Of a stretch of DNA of 31,818 bases, positions 1 to 8,104 are shown one piece after another. How positions within the stretch are numbered: the first letter of the stretch is position 1; each line of letters opens with the position of its first letter. The notes under the pieces are model-generated. The model saw only the letters and a list, made by a program, of their open reading frames with translations. It had not been told where the DNA came from and ran no database searches. Origin of the DNA: an uncultured Gammaproteobacteria bacterium. Lineage in GTDB: Bacteria > Patescibacteriota > Microgenomatia > Levybacterales > UBA12049. A program made the translations under genes and the position numbers. The stretch lies in assembly GCA_964611415.1 (NCBI GenBank), contig CAZSXQ010000004.1:1-31818 (forward strand), read 5' to 3'.

Positions 1-347
1 AATCCCACTCTATTTTTAGTGATTATACCGTGAACCTCTTTAAGTGCTGGTTTTTCAAAAATAAAATCATCATCACCGTGCAGAAAGATATATTTTCCCT
101 TAGAAAGCTTAATCGCTCTTCTCACGTTTGGCATGACTTCCGTATTTTTTTTGGTTCGAAAATATTTTATCCTTGGGTCATTGAAGGAGCGAACTACTTC
201 TTTTGTTTTATCAGTCGATGCATTATCAGAAATTACTATTTCAAAGTCTTTGAATGTTTGAGCTAGAATAAATCGAATCGCAACACCTAAATCCTGTGCT
301 CTGTTATATGTTGGAAGAGCTATCGAAAAAAAAGGTTGTTTTGACAT
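1..347 (-). CDS. GT2 family glycosyltransferase, N-terminal part (runs off window edge; not in ORF track)
   Basis: Manual translation from ATG at 347: MSKQPFFSIALPTYNRAQDLGVAIRFILAQTFKDFEIVISDNASTDKTKEVVRSFNDPRIKYFRTKKN...KGKYIFLHGDDDF; GT-A motifs, clear paralog of 1385..2434. Confidence 0.92.
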   Translation of the reverse strand, partial: MSKQPFFSIALPTYNRAQDLGVAIRFILAQTFKDFEIVISDNASTDKTKEVVRSFNDPRIKYFRTKKNTEVMPNVRRAIKLSKGKYIFLHGDDDFIFEKPALKEVHGIITKNRVG

Positions 348-361
348 AGATGATTTGGGAG

Positions 362-391
362 AGTTTATCAGTTTTGAAACGAGTATTGCAA
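362..391 (-). promoter_or_regulatory. Candidate sigma70 promoter for the 1..347 GT2
   Basis: Minus strand TTGCAA-N18-TAAACT with TGn extension, -10 box 14 nt before the ATG. Confidence 0.4.
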
Positions 392-420
392 TAGAACTTA
401 AGAGTTGATAAATTCAAACA

Positions 421-1377
421 TCATCCGCTGGCAATCAACCCATACCCTCTTGCTAGACCCAGGAAGCGTCCTGGCTTTGCAAGCATTGCCTCAACTACCC
501 TTCTTCTTCCAGGGTTTTCGATAGTCATTATTGAAGTTGCTAGATATTTGTACGGAAGAGAAACCGGTAAAAATTCGCTTTCGCTGGGTTCCCGTTTGAA
601 AAGTGTTCTTATTAAGCTGTCTGATTTTTCTTGAGCGCTTGGCACTCCTTCAAAAAGTTTTCCTCTCAAATGTTCCAGAAAATTGCTTGGATCTATCCCA
701 ATGTGCCGTGAAAGATCTACGATCCTCGCTTTGCCCCATTTTTCATATCTTAAAAGTTCTTCTCTTGTTAGTTTTTTAGGACTATCCGGCTGACTTGCGT
801 GCCTCCTGATTAAATCTTCAAAGCGTCTGTCAATCGGCTGAATCGTTCCAGCAACACTCCAACTGGATATTTGATTCACAGCGTCGTTCCAATCTATCGT
901 CTGAGGCGAATAAGGATTATTTGGTCCTATTGTCCTTTCGGGGAAACCCTGACTGCCTCTAAGATGATCTATCTCTTGTACCACCGTCAGCGGAAGATTT
1001 TCCCCTGTAGCAAGTTTCTCTGCAAGATCAATGTCTGTATGATCCCGCATGTAGCTATTAACATCCTCGCTCGCTCGCCCCGCTACTCCATCATCAGCAA
1101 GAGGTCTTGCTGAATGGGTAGCGATTATGGTTTCAAAAATAAGGTCAGAATTAACGTCAAACTGCTGATCGCTTGGCATGCTACTATTTGCCTTATCTAT
1201 TTCGATTACTAATGCATTCGCGACAACTATAGTAGTTAAGGTATGAAGCGCTAGCCCCTTGAATCGTAGTAAATCATGCTCCTTAGCATAATTCAAAATT
1301 GATTGAGAAGGAATGGGAACATCCTCAATTACTCCTAGTCCTTTGTTCGGAGATAGCTTAAGCTCTCTCTTGCTCAT
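421..1377 (-). CDS. Hypothetical protein, probable degenerate HD-superfamily fold
   Basis: 318 aa ORF; LH..TIVVANAL, THSAR, DH..., H..GSQGFP and WNDAVNQISSWSV...IDRRFEDLIRRH follow HD/HDIG-type spacing but the HD dyad and last Asp are not intact; CDS is solid, fold call is tentative. Confidence 0.6.
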   Translation of the reverse strand: MSKRELKLSPNKGLGVIEDVPIPSQSILNYAKEHDLLRFKGLALHTLTTIVVANALVIEIDKANSSMPSDQQFDVNSDLIFETIIATHSARPLADDGVAGRASEDVNSYMRDHTDIDLAEKLATGENLPLTVVQEIDHLRGSQGFPERTIGPNNPYSPQTIDWNDAVNQISSWSVAGTIQPIDRRFEDLIRRHASQPDSPKKLTREELLRYEKWGKARIVDLSRHIGIDPSNFLEHLRGKLFEGVPSAQEKSDSLIRTLFKREPSESEFLPVSLPYKYLATSIMTIENPGRRRVVEAMLAKPGRFLGLARGYGLIASG

Positions 1378-1384
1378 AAATTAA

Positions 1385-2434
1385 TTATATATCTCCTGAA
1401 TCGTTTATACTATTTAGAATCTTTTTCTGATTATTTATTTTTGCTGTTTTAATGAGAAAGTATAGATATAAATTTCTAACAATTTCAAGAATCTTAGCCG
1501 GGGAAATCAATGCAATCCATAAGTAGACCCAAAATCTTACATCTTTTTCCATTTCTGGATCAATCTCTCGAATTCTTTTAGAAAGCCCCAAAAGATTTTC
1601 ATTTCCCATCCTCAGCTTAATTACTGGAAATAAATTTACGTAGATCTTCATTAGCTGAAAATGCAAAAATTCTCTATAATCTGCTTCATTCAATTTGTCT
1701 CTAACCACATTGAGAAATTTTTCTGCGGATAATCTACCATCCCTAAGCGAATATACAGGGTGAATTCCGTTTTGCTTGCTCCACAAAGACCATGAGGCAA
1801 TAATATGTGGTTCAGAAATATAATACGCCCCTAAATTCTTAGCAGAGTGGAATAGAATTTCAACCCATGGAAAAGGGTCTGTATTAATAATTTTTACATC
1901 TTTTGGTAAGCTGTTTTTAAATATAATGCCTGTGACGAAATACGGATCTGTTCTGACCAAAAAAGATATTATTCTTTTATTTTTTGCATGAGAAGGAAGA
2001 TGTTTGTTATTTGTAAAATATCCAATCGGTCTGAAATCAAAAAATGTTTCCTCGTCCGGAGTCCTACAAATATATTTGACACGTATATATCCTGGGTGAA
2101 ATTTTTTGATCTTTTCCTGTACTTTGATAAGCGAATCTCGATCAAAAAGAAAATCGTCATCGCCGTGTAAAAAAATATAATGACCTCGAGAGTTTTTAAA
2201 AGCTTTATCTAAGCTTTTGTAAAATCCTATATTTTTTCGATTTCTAACATATTTAATTCTTTTATCATTAAAACTTTCCATCAAGTTTTGGGTACCATCA
2301 GAGGAATGATTATCGATGACTAGAATTTCAATGTTAGTAAAGCTTTGCTTCTGCAAACAAAGAATCGCACGTTCTAAATCTTTTACCCTATTAAAAGTTG
2401 GGATTACAATAGAGAAGAATGGTTTATTTTTCAT
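1385..2434 (-). CDS. GT2 family glycosyltransferase
   Basis: FSIVIPTFNR, IDNHSSDGT, HGDDD (DxD) GT-A motifs. Confidence 0.93.
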   Translation of the reverse strand: MKNKPFFSIVIPTFNRVKDLERAILCLQKQSFTNIEILVIDNHSSDGTQNLMESFNDKRIKYVRNRKNIGFYKSLDKAFKNSRGHYIFLHGDDDFLFDRDSLIKVQEKIKKFHPGYIRVKYICRTPDEETFFDFRPIGYFTNNKHLPSHAKNKRIISFLVRTDPYFVTGIIFKNSLPKDVKIINTDPFPWVEILFHSAKNLGAYYISEPHIIASWSLWSKQNGIHPVYSLRDGRLSAEKFLNVVRDKLNEADYREFLHFQLMKIYVNLFPVIKLRMGNENLLGLSKRIREIDPEMEKDVRFWVYLWIALISPAKILEIVRNLYLYFLIKTAKINNQKKILNSINDSGDI

Positions 2435-2500
2435 TATAATATCTTAGTTTTCTGTGATATATTATCATAAGTAATATTGTTAAACTAAGCTATTTATAAT
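2434..2500. promoter_or_regulatory. Divergent promoter region with inverted repeat
   Basis: Between head-to-head genes; cttagttt (2443-2450) / aaactaag (2482-2489) inverted repeat; TATAAT at 2495-2500, 11 nt before ATG 2512. Confidence 0.45.
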
Positions 2501-2511
2501 ATACTTGTCGG

Positions 2512-3306
2512 ATGAAAATAAAAAATCTTCACGATCAGGAAGATTGGGAAAAATATTACAAACACCACCCGCCCCTTGAGGTAAAATTAAGCTCCGGAAT
2601 TTTTAATTCCTACGATATTTTCTTATGCGACTATCTAATTAAAAAACATATCCCGGAAAATAAAGACTTACTAAAAAATCTTCCTGTGATTTGTGAGATA
2701 GGAGGAGGAGACGGACTTCTAGTAAAAAAGTTTGCCCAAATGATAGGTTACAAGCCGTATAGTATCGAATACTCAAAAAAGGCAGCCGCAATCTCTGCAA
2801 GAAACGGTGTAGAAGTTTATGTCGCCGATGCTTTTGACAAAAAAGTAACAAGTAAATTCAAAAACAAATTTGATGCTGTTTTTTCTTACGGTTTTATTGA
2901 GCATATTATCCCCCCGGAAAAAGCGATCAGACTTCACTATGATTTAGTTAAACCTGGAGGATACGTCATTATTCAAATTCCGAGATTCAAAGCTTTTAAT
3001 TACTTAAGACTTCTGTTGTTTAGACCAGATTTAATCAAAAATCATAATCTTGAGATTATGAACGAAGATATTTTGGGAAAATTATGCAAAGATCCTGAAA
3101 TAAAAAAAATATTTTGCGGAAATTACGGAACATTTAAGCTTAGGCTTCCTATGGAAGAAAAAAATCTAAAATATTATACATTGAAAGTTATTTGCTATTT
3201 TGATTACATACTAAATCCTTTATTCAGAATTTTGTTTGGCTCTAAAGGGTTTGAGAGTTATCTTTTTAGTCCCTCTGTTCTGTTCATCGGACAAAAGAAG
3301 AAATAG
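2512..3306 (+). CDS. Class I SAM-dependent methyltransferase
   Basis: Motif I CEIGGGDG, FDAVFSYGFIEHI, LVKPGG. Confidence 0.9.
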   Translation: MKIKNLHDQEDWEKYYKHHPPLEVKLSSGIFNSYDIFLCDYLIKKHIPENKDLLKNLPVICEIGGGDGLLVKKFAQMIGYKPYSIEYSKKAAAISARNGVEVYVADAFDKKVTSKFKNKFDAVFSYGFIEHIIPPEKAIRLHYDLVKPGGYVIIQIPRFKAFNYLRLLLFRPDLIKNHNLEIMNEDILGKLCKDPEIKKIFCGNYGTFKLRLPMEEKNLKYYTLKVICYFDYILNPLFRILFGSKGFESYLFSPSVLFIGQKKK

Positions 3307-3317
3307 TTTTTTACGAT

Positions 3318-4511
3318 ATGTTAAGAGTTCCATATGCTCTGTCAGTTTATGATGAAAACGAAATTAACGCTGTAGTAAAAGTGCTTAAAGAGCATCGAAC
3401 AAACGCAGGAAAAGAAACAAGTAAATTCGAAGAAAGAATTGCAAAATTATTTGGAAAGAACTACGGAATAATGGTTAACTCCGGTTCGTCAGCAAATCTC
3501 TTAGCAGTTGAGCTATCAGATCTTCCTCCAAAATCAGAAGTTATTACTCCCGCATTAACTTTTTCAACTACTATTGCTCCTCTCATTCAAAAAGGACTTG
3601 TTCCGGTTTTTACGGATGTCCTTCCCGGAAAGTATGTAATAGATGTGGATCAAGTTGAAAAACTAATAACCCCGAAGACAAAGGCATTAATGGTTCCCCT
3701 TCTTTTAGGAAATGTTCCCGACATGGAAAAACTTCAGTCAATTGCAAAAAAACATAATCTTATATTTATTGAAGACTCCTGTGACACAGTAGGAGCAACG
3801 TATAAAGGAAAGGCCACAGGCTATTACTCAAACTTTACTACTACAAGTTTTTTCGGCTCACACATAATTACCACTGGAGGAAATGGAGGAATGGTTTTAG
3901 TAAACGGGTCAAAACATAGAGATCGCGCAAAAATATTACGAGGATGGGGAAGAAGCTCTTCAGTATTCAAAGAGTCTGAAAGCATAGAAAAAAGGTTCAA
4001 ACAAAAAATAGGCGACGTAGAATACGATGCAAAGTTCATTTTCGATGAAATAGGTTACAACTTTCTTCCTAACGAGATGTGTGCTGCTTTTGGAAATATC
4101 CAATTAAAAAAAATAAACATATTTAAAAGAACTAGAGAAAGAAACTTTAGTTATTTAAAAAACTTTTTTAAAAAATACGAAAACTTTTTTATTCTACCCC
4201 AAGAAGAAGAAAACGTATCAACTCAGTGGCTAGCATTTCCTCTTACTATAAAAAAAACAGCTCCTTTTACGAGGATTGAATTGGTAAAATATTTGGAAAG
4301 ATCTAACATTCAGACTCGTCCTATTTTTACCGGAAACATTTTAAAACAACCTGGATTTAAAAACATTCCGCGGATTGAGAGCAAAAATGGATATCCTGTT
4401 ACTGATGAAATCATGGAAAGAGGATTTGTGGTGGGGTGTCATCACGGGTTAGAAGAAAAACATATTGATAAATTAAAAGAGGTATTTGAAGATTTTATGA
4501 AGAGGTATTAG
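3318..4511 (+). CDS. DegT/DnrJ/EryC1/StrS family PLP/PMP enzyme, RfbH(E1)/ColD-type sugar 3-dehydratase-like
   Basis: VNSGSSANLLA, EDSCD, SFFGSHIITTGGNGG (His182 at the usual Lys position), RGWGR...KRF...YDAKFIFDEIGYN, QTRPIFTGNI. Confidence 0.85.
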   Translation: MLRVPYALSVYDENEINAVVKVLKEHRTNAGKETSKFEERIAKLFGKNYGIMVNSGSSANLLAVELSDLPPKSEVITPALTFSTTIAPLIQKGLVPVFTDVLPGKYVIDVDQVEKLITPKTKALMVPLLLGNVPDMEKLQSIAKKHNLIFIEDSCDTVGATYKGKATGYYSNFTTTSFFGSHIITTGGNGGMVLVNGSKHRDRAKILRGWGRSSSVFKESESIEKRFKQKIGDVEYDAKFIFDEIGYNFLPNEMCAAFGNIQLKKINIFKRTRERNFSYLKNFFKKYENFFILPQEEENVSTQWLAFPLTIKKTAPFTRIELVKYLERSNIQTRPIFTGNILKQPGFKNIPRIESKNGYPVTDEIMERGFVVGCHHGLEEKHIDKLKEVFEDFMKRY

Positions 4512-5532
4512 AATTCTGTCCCCTTTTAAGAGTTTTTTCAATAAACCACACCATCTCCGAAAGACTATATGAAGTAAGCATTACAACTGCAAGAACTGGA
4601 TGCAGAAACCATGCCCAATCGCGTATTTTAAGATAACCTTTGATACTTTCATAGGTAGGGTGAACAAAAGTTATGGTAAAAATAATAAATTTTATTAAAT
4701 TTCGCCTATCTCTTGCTGATTGCCAATTGAAAACTAAATATTTTCTTTTTCCTCTTCTCTCGTCATAAAACTCTCTTTTAACTTGGAATCTTCTTTTAGC
4801 ATAATAAAAGATATTTGGCGGAATAACGTGAATCACTGTATTCTTAACAACGCCACATGTGTTATAACCAAGTTCAAGCATGTCAACAAAAACGTCAGGA
4901 TGCACATATTCATTAGGATCCTTGTTAACCTTACTCATAGCGCTGTTTCTAAACATATGTCCGTTATCTCCCATTGTAGGAAGACTCTCCTTATCAAATT
5001 CTACTACCCAGTATCCAGGAGTATCTTTTATAATTCTTCCCTTATCGTATCTTTTTTGAGTCAAAGGGATCTTATCGCATCTTCCAAGATAATAAAGCGT
5101 AGGATCTGCTGCGCCAAAAAAAGCACCATAACGTGTTGTAGCCGACATCCCTTTTTCGTAATCATTGTAAGCGCTGAACGTACAAAAAACTTTTCTATTA
5201 TCTATAAAAGGCTGTACCATTTCTGCCAACCATGTTTTAGAAGTAGGAATATTATCTGTCTCGAGACAAAGAACTAATTCTCCTTTAGCTTTTTTAACTC
5301 CTTCGCTAAATCTGACCTGGTTTAGAAGCATCAAGTGAGGTCTAACATCTACGCTGCATCCGTATTTTTTTGCTAGTTCGATCGTACCGTTTGTAGATCC
5401 CCCATCCATAACGATGTGCTCAATCACATTTTTATACGTTTGCTTTTTTAGTGCTTCGAGTACTTTCTTAAATATCTTAAGATCAGGATTAAGTGAACCG
5501 GTATAAATACTAACAGTTGGATATTTGTTCAT
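4495..5532 (-). CDS. GT2 family glycosyltransferase with hydrophobic C-terminus
   Basis: VMDGGSTNGT, LETDN; paralog of 15984..17006. Confidence 0.88.
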   Translation of the reverse strand: MNKYPTVSIYTGSLNPDLKIFKKVLEALKKQTYKNVIEHIVMDGGSTNGTIELAKKYGCSVDVRPHLMLLNQVRFSEGVKKAKGELVLCLETDNIPTSKTWLAEMVQPFIDNRKVFCTFSAYNDYEKGMSATTRYGAFFGAADPTLYYLGRCDKIPLTQKRYDKGRIIKDTPGYWVVEFDKESLPTMGDNGHMFRNSAMSKVNKDPNEYVHPDVFVDMLELGYNTCGVVKNTVIHVIPPNIFYYAKRRFQVKREFYDERRGKRKYLVFNWQSARDRRNLIKFIIFTITFVHPTYESIKGYLKIRDWAWFLHPVLAVVMLTSYSLSEMVWFIEKTLKRGQNSNTSS

Positions 5533-5574
5533 AATACTTTATCTTGGTCATTTAATATGCTTTATATTCTTAGT

Positions 5575-5603
5575 ACTCTAATATAAAAAAAATATTGAGT
5601 CAA
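5575..5603 (-). promoter_or_regulatory. Candidate internal sigma70 promoter for the 4495..5532 GT2, with a palindrome over the -35
   Basis: Minus strand TTGACT-N17-TAGAGT; atattga-g-tcaatat palindrome at 5592-5606. Confidence 0.5.
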
Positions 5604-5626
5604 TATGGTTCAAAGAGATTCTTGTG

Positions 5627-6361
5627 TTATTTATTTTTTTTAGCCACTAATATAAGAATTGAAGCCAGGGAGTATTTATTAGAAAATAAACGATCCATAA
5701 TACGTATTATCCCAGGAAACATTGTGAACTCTAGCCCGGACTTTTTAACAATTTTAAAACCGTGAAGCTCTACTATGTCAGCAAGTGCTCCCCCTGTAAA
5801 AACACGCATGTGACCTAGTGGACTTTTGTAATTAGTAAATTTTCTTGTAAATTTAATTCCCAAGGTTTTATCGAGCGTGCTTACTTCGGTAAAAAAGGGC
5901 TGAAGTCCAATAAGCAAAAAAAATCTATTAAACCAAGCAGCAAGGTTAGGAGTGCTAATGATCATAACCCCCCCTTTTTTTAAAACTCTTTTTGCTTCTC
6001 GCATAAGATGATCCGGATTAACGACATGTTCGATAATATGAGAAATAATCACTATGTCAAATGAAGCATCTTTGTAATTCCATTTTTCCTCTGCATCCCC
6101 AAGTCTAACATTCATTCCGTTTTTTCTACATATCTCCAGAGCCTCTTCGTTTAAATCAAATCCATACACATTGTCGCTTAAAGTTTTACCAAGCGAACTG
6201 ACTCCACAAGCTACATCAAGAACTTTCTTTTTGGAAGAAAATGGAATCTCTGGAATCTTAGCCCTAGTAAGCTTAACCCCTTCTTCAGTTATTTTGATTT
6301 CAGCATCTCCAATGTTGGAATATGTTTCGTGGTAATATGAGGTCGATTTAGACGATTTCAT
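5627..6361 (-). CDS. Class I SAM-dependent methyltransferase
   Basis: VLDVACG, FDIVIISHIIEHV, RVLKKGG, STPN. Confidence 0.9.
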   Translation of the reverse strand: MKSSKSTSYYHETYSNIGDAEIKITEEGVKLTRAKIPEIPFSSKKKVLDVACGVSSLGKTLSDNVYGFDLNEEALEICRKNGMNVRLGDAEEKWNYKDASFDIVIISHIIEHVVNPDHLMREAKRVLKKGGVMIISTPNLAAWFNRFFLLIGLQPFFTEVSTLDKTLGIKFTRKFTNYKSPLGHMRVFTGGALADIVELHGFKIVKKSGLEFTMFPGIIRIMDRLFSNKYSLASILILVAKKNK

Positions 6362-7280
6362 TTTTTCTTCTAATCACCTTTTCAATTACTGAACAGATTT
6401 GTTCCGGAAGTAGACCATTCAGTCCTCTCATAAAATTCTGATTCCCCGTTTTTTTACTAAACTCGTTTGGAACTCCTATTCTTTTAAACATGACACCTGT
6501 TTTATTTTCAGCAAGAACTTCTGCCATCGCACTACCTAGACCTCCGGTAATAAAATGCTCTTCAAGGGAAAAAATACTTTTTCCTTTTCTCGCATATTCA
6601 AGAATTATTTTCTCATCTAATGGTTTTATAGAGGGCATGCTAATTACTCCTATGGAATATTTCTTTTTAAGCATTTCTGATACTTTTACTGCTGTAGGAA
6701 GCATTGTTCCCATAGTAAAGATCGTAACATCCATACCTTTCTTTACTACAATTCCTTTTCCTATACTAAATTTAGGTTTTTTAATATGAACCGTAGGCTC
6801 TCCGGCTTTTCCTAATCTTATATAAACAGGTCCATTAATTTTAAAAGCAGCTTTGGTAACAAGTTCTGTCTCAATGGGATCTCCCGGAGCAAAGATTGTA
6901 ATTCCGGGAATTGTCCTCATTACACCTAGATCTTCAAGTCCATAATGAGTATGACCGTAAGGACCATATGAAAATCCGGATCCGATTCCCACAATTTTTA
7001 CATTCAAATTTTGATAACAAATATCATTTCTGACTTGTTCGAAATTTCTCATAGTTACAAAAGGCATTATTGAATAAATAACTGGAATTCTCCCTCCCAT
7101 TGCCATTCCAGCTGCTGCTCCTGTCATGTTTTGCTCTGCAACTCCTGCATTAAGATATTGCTTTGGGAGCTTTTCAATAAATTCTTCAAAAACTGAAAAC
7201 CCAAGATCTCCCGTTAAAAGCATTATTCTTTCATCCTTCTTGGCAAGCTCAAAAAGTGTTTTCACAAATGCAATTCTCAC
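6348..7280 (-). CDS. Transketolase-like protein, C-terminal subunit (pyrimidine-binding + C-terminal domain)
   Basis: GVAEQNM, FEQVRND, GHTHYGLED, PVYIRLGK, EEHFITGGLGSA. Confidence 0.93.
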   Translation of the reverse strand: MRIAFVKTLFELAKKDERIMLLTGDLGFSVFEEFIEKLPKQYLNAGVAEQNMTGAAAGMAMGGRIPVIYSIMPFVTMRNFEQVRNDICYQNLNVKIVGIGSGFSYGPYGHTHYGLEDLGVMRTIPGITIFAPGDPIETELVTKAAFKINGPVYIRLGKAGEPTVHIKKPKFSIGKGIVVKKGMDVTIFTMGTMLPTAVKVSEMLKKKYSIGVISMPSIKPLDEKIILEYARKGKSIFSLEEHFITGGLGSAMAEVLAENKTGVMFKRIGVPNEFSKKTGNQNFMRGLNGLLPEQICSVIEKVIRRKNEIV

Positions 7281-8104
7281 TTTAAATCCTCCATTGCATT
7301 TTTATATTCTTCCTCGGTTGGAGGCTTATACTGTGAGGCTACCTGATCAACATATTTTGGAATTCCCTTATATCCTTTGATCGTATGAGCAATTAGTACT
7401 GAGGGTTTATTATTCTCAAATGGAATGTTAACTAGTGATTTAATAATTTTTTCAATATCATGACCATCGACCTCATTCACTCCCCATCCAAAATTTTTCC
7501 ATTTTTCAGCAAAGGGCTCTAGCGTAAGTATCTCATCTGTTCTTCCAAAGCCTTGAAGCTTATTGTAATCAACTATTGCTATTAAATTCTTTAACTTTTG
7601 ATGACCCGCAAAAAGCATAGCCTCCCAATTCGATCCCTCATCACACTCTCCATCAGAAAGCATTACAAATACTCTCTGTTTAGACTTATCTATTTTTTTA
7701 GCATATGCTAACCCAACTCCAATTGATAATCCGTGTCCAAGGGATCCAGCAGACGCCTCTACACCAGGAACTACATTTCTGGTAGTATGACCCGGTAAAC
7801 CATTATTAGCTTCATAACTGGAAAGAATCTCTTTATCAAAGTATCCCTTTTCCGCTAACACTGCATATAATGCCTTGCTATCATGGGCTTTACTGAAGAT
7901 CAAATAATCTCTTTTATCATCTTGTGGCTTTTTAGGATTAACTCTCATAATCTGAAAGTAAAGAACCGTAAGTAGCTCTACACAAGAAAGTGCACCTCCC
8001 ATGTGAGCACTTTTAGCATTATATGCCATAGTTATAATCATTCTTCTTATCTCGTCAGCATGCTGTTCTAGTAATTTACTATCGCTCTTCAACTTATTAT
8101 TCAT
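7277..8104 (-). CDS. Transketolase-like protein, N-terminal ThDP-binding subunit
   Basis: SAHMGG, SKAH, PGH, GSLGHG, SDGECDEG...N ThDP motif, VDGHD, HTIKG. Confidence 0.93.
   Translation of the reverse strand: MNNKLKSDSKLLEQHADEIRRMIITMAYNAKSAHMGGALSCVELLTVLYFQIMRVNPKKPQDDKRDYLIFSKAHDSKALYAVLAEKGYFDKEILSSYEANNGLPGHTTRNVVPGVEASAGSLGHGLSIGVGLAYAKKIDKSKQRVFVMLSDGECDEGSNWEAMLFAGHQKLKNLIAIVDYNKLQGFGRTDEILTLEPFAEKWKNFGWGVNEVDGHDIEKIIKSLVNIPFENNKPSVLIAHTIKGYKGIPKYVDQVASQYKPPTEEEYKNAMEDLK

Noticed and set aside
30-266. 78 aa plus-strand ORF
   Set aside because: Antisense shadow of the real GT2 at 1..347 minus.
1393-1397. AGGAG as SD for the 421..1377 gene
   Set aside because: 15 nt spacer is too long and it lies in the last codons of the upstream GT2.
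4783-5277. 164 aa plus-strand ORF, the longest alternative ORF
   Set aside because: Fully antisense to a well-supported GT2, no motif, composition typical of shadow frames.
7277-7280. Frameshifted or pseudogenised transketolase
   Set aside because: Clean ATGA-type overlap at the usual domain boundary; two-subunit transketolases are a known architecture.
6348-8104. Housekeeping pentose-phosphate transketolase
   Set aside because: Position inside an NDP-sugar operon and substituted acceptor-binding motifs argue against it, though not excluded without the whole genome.
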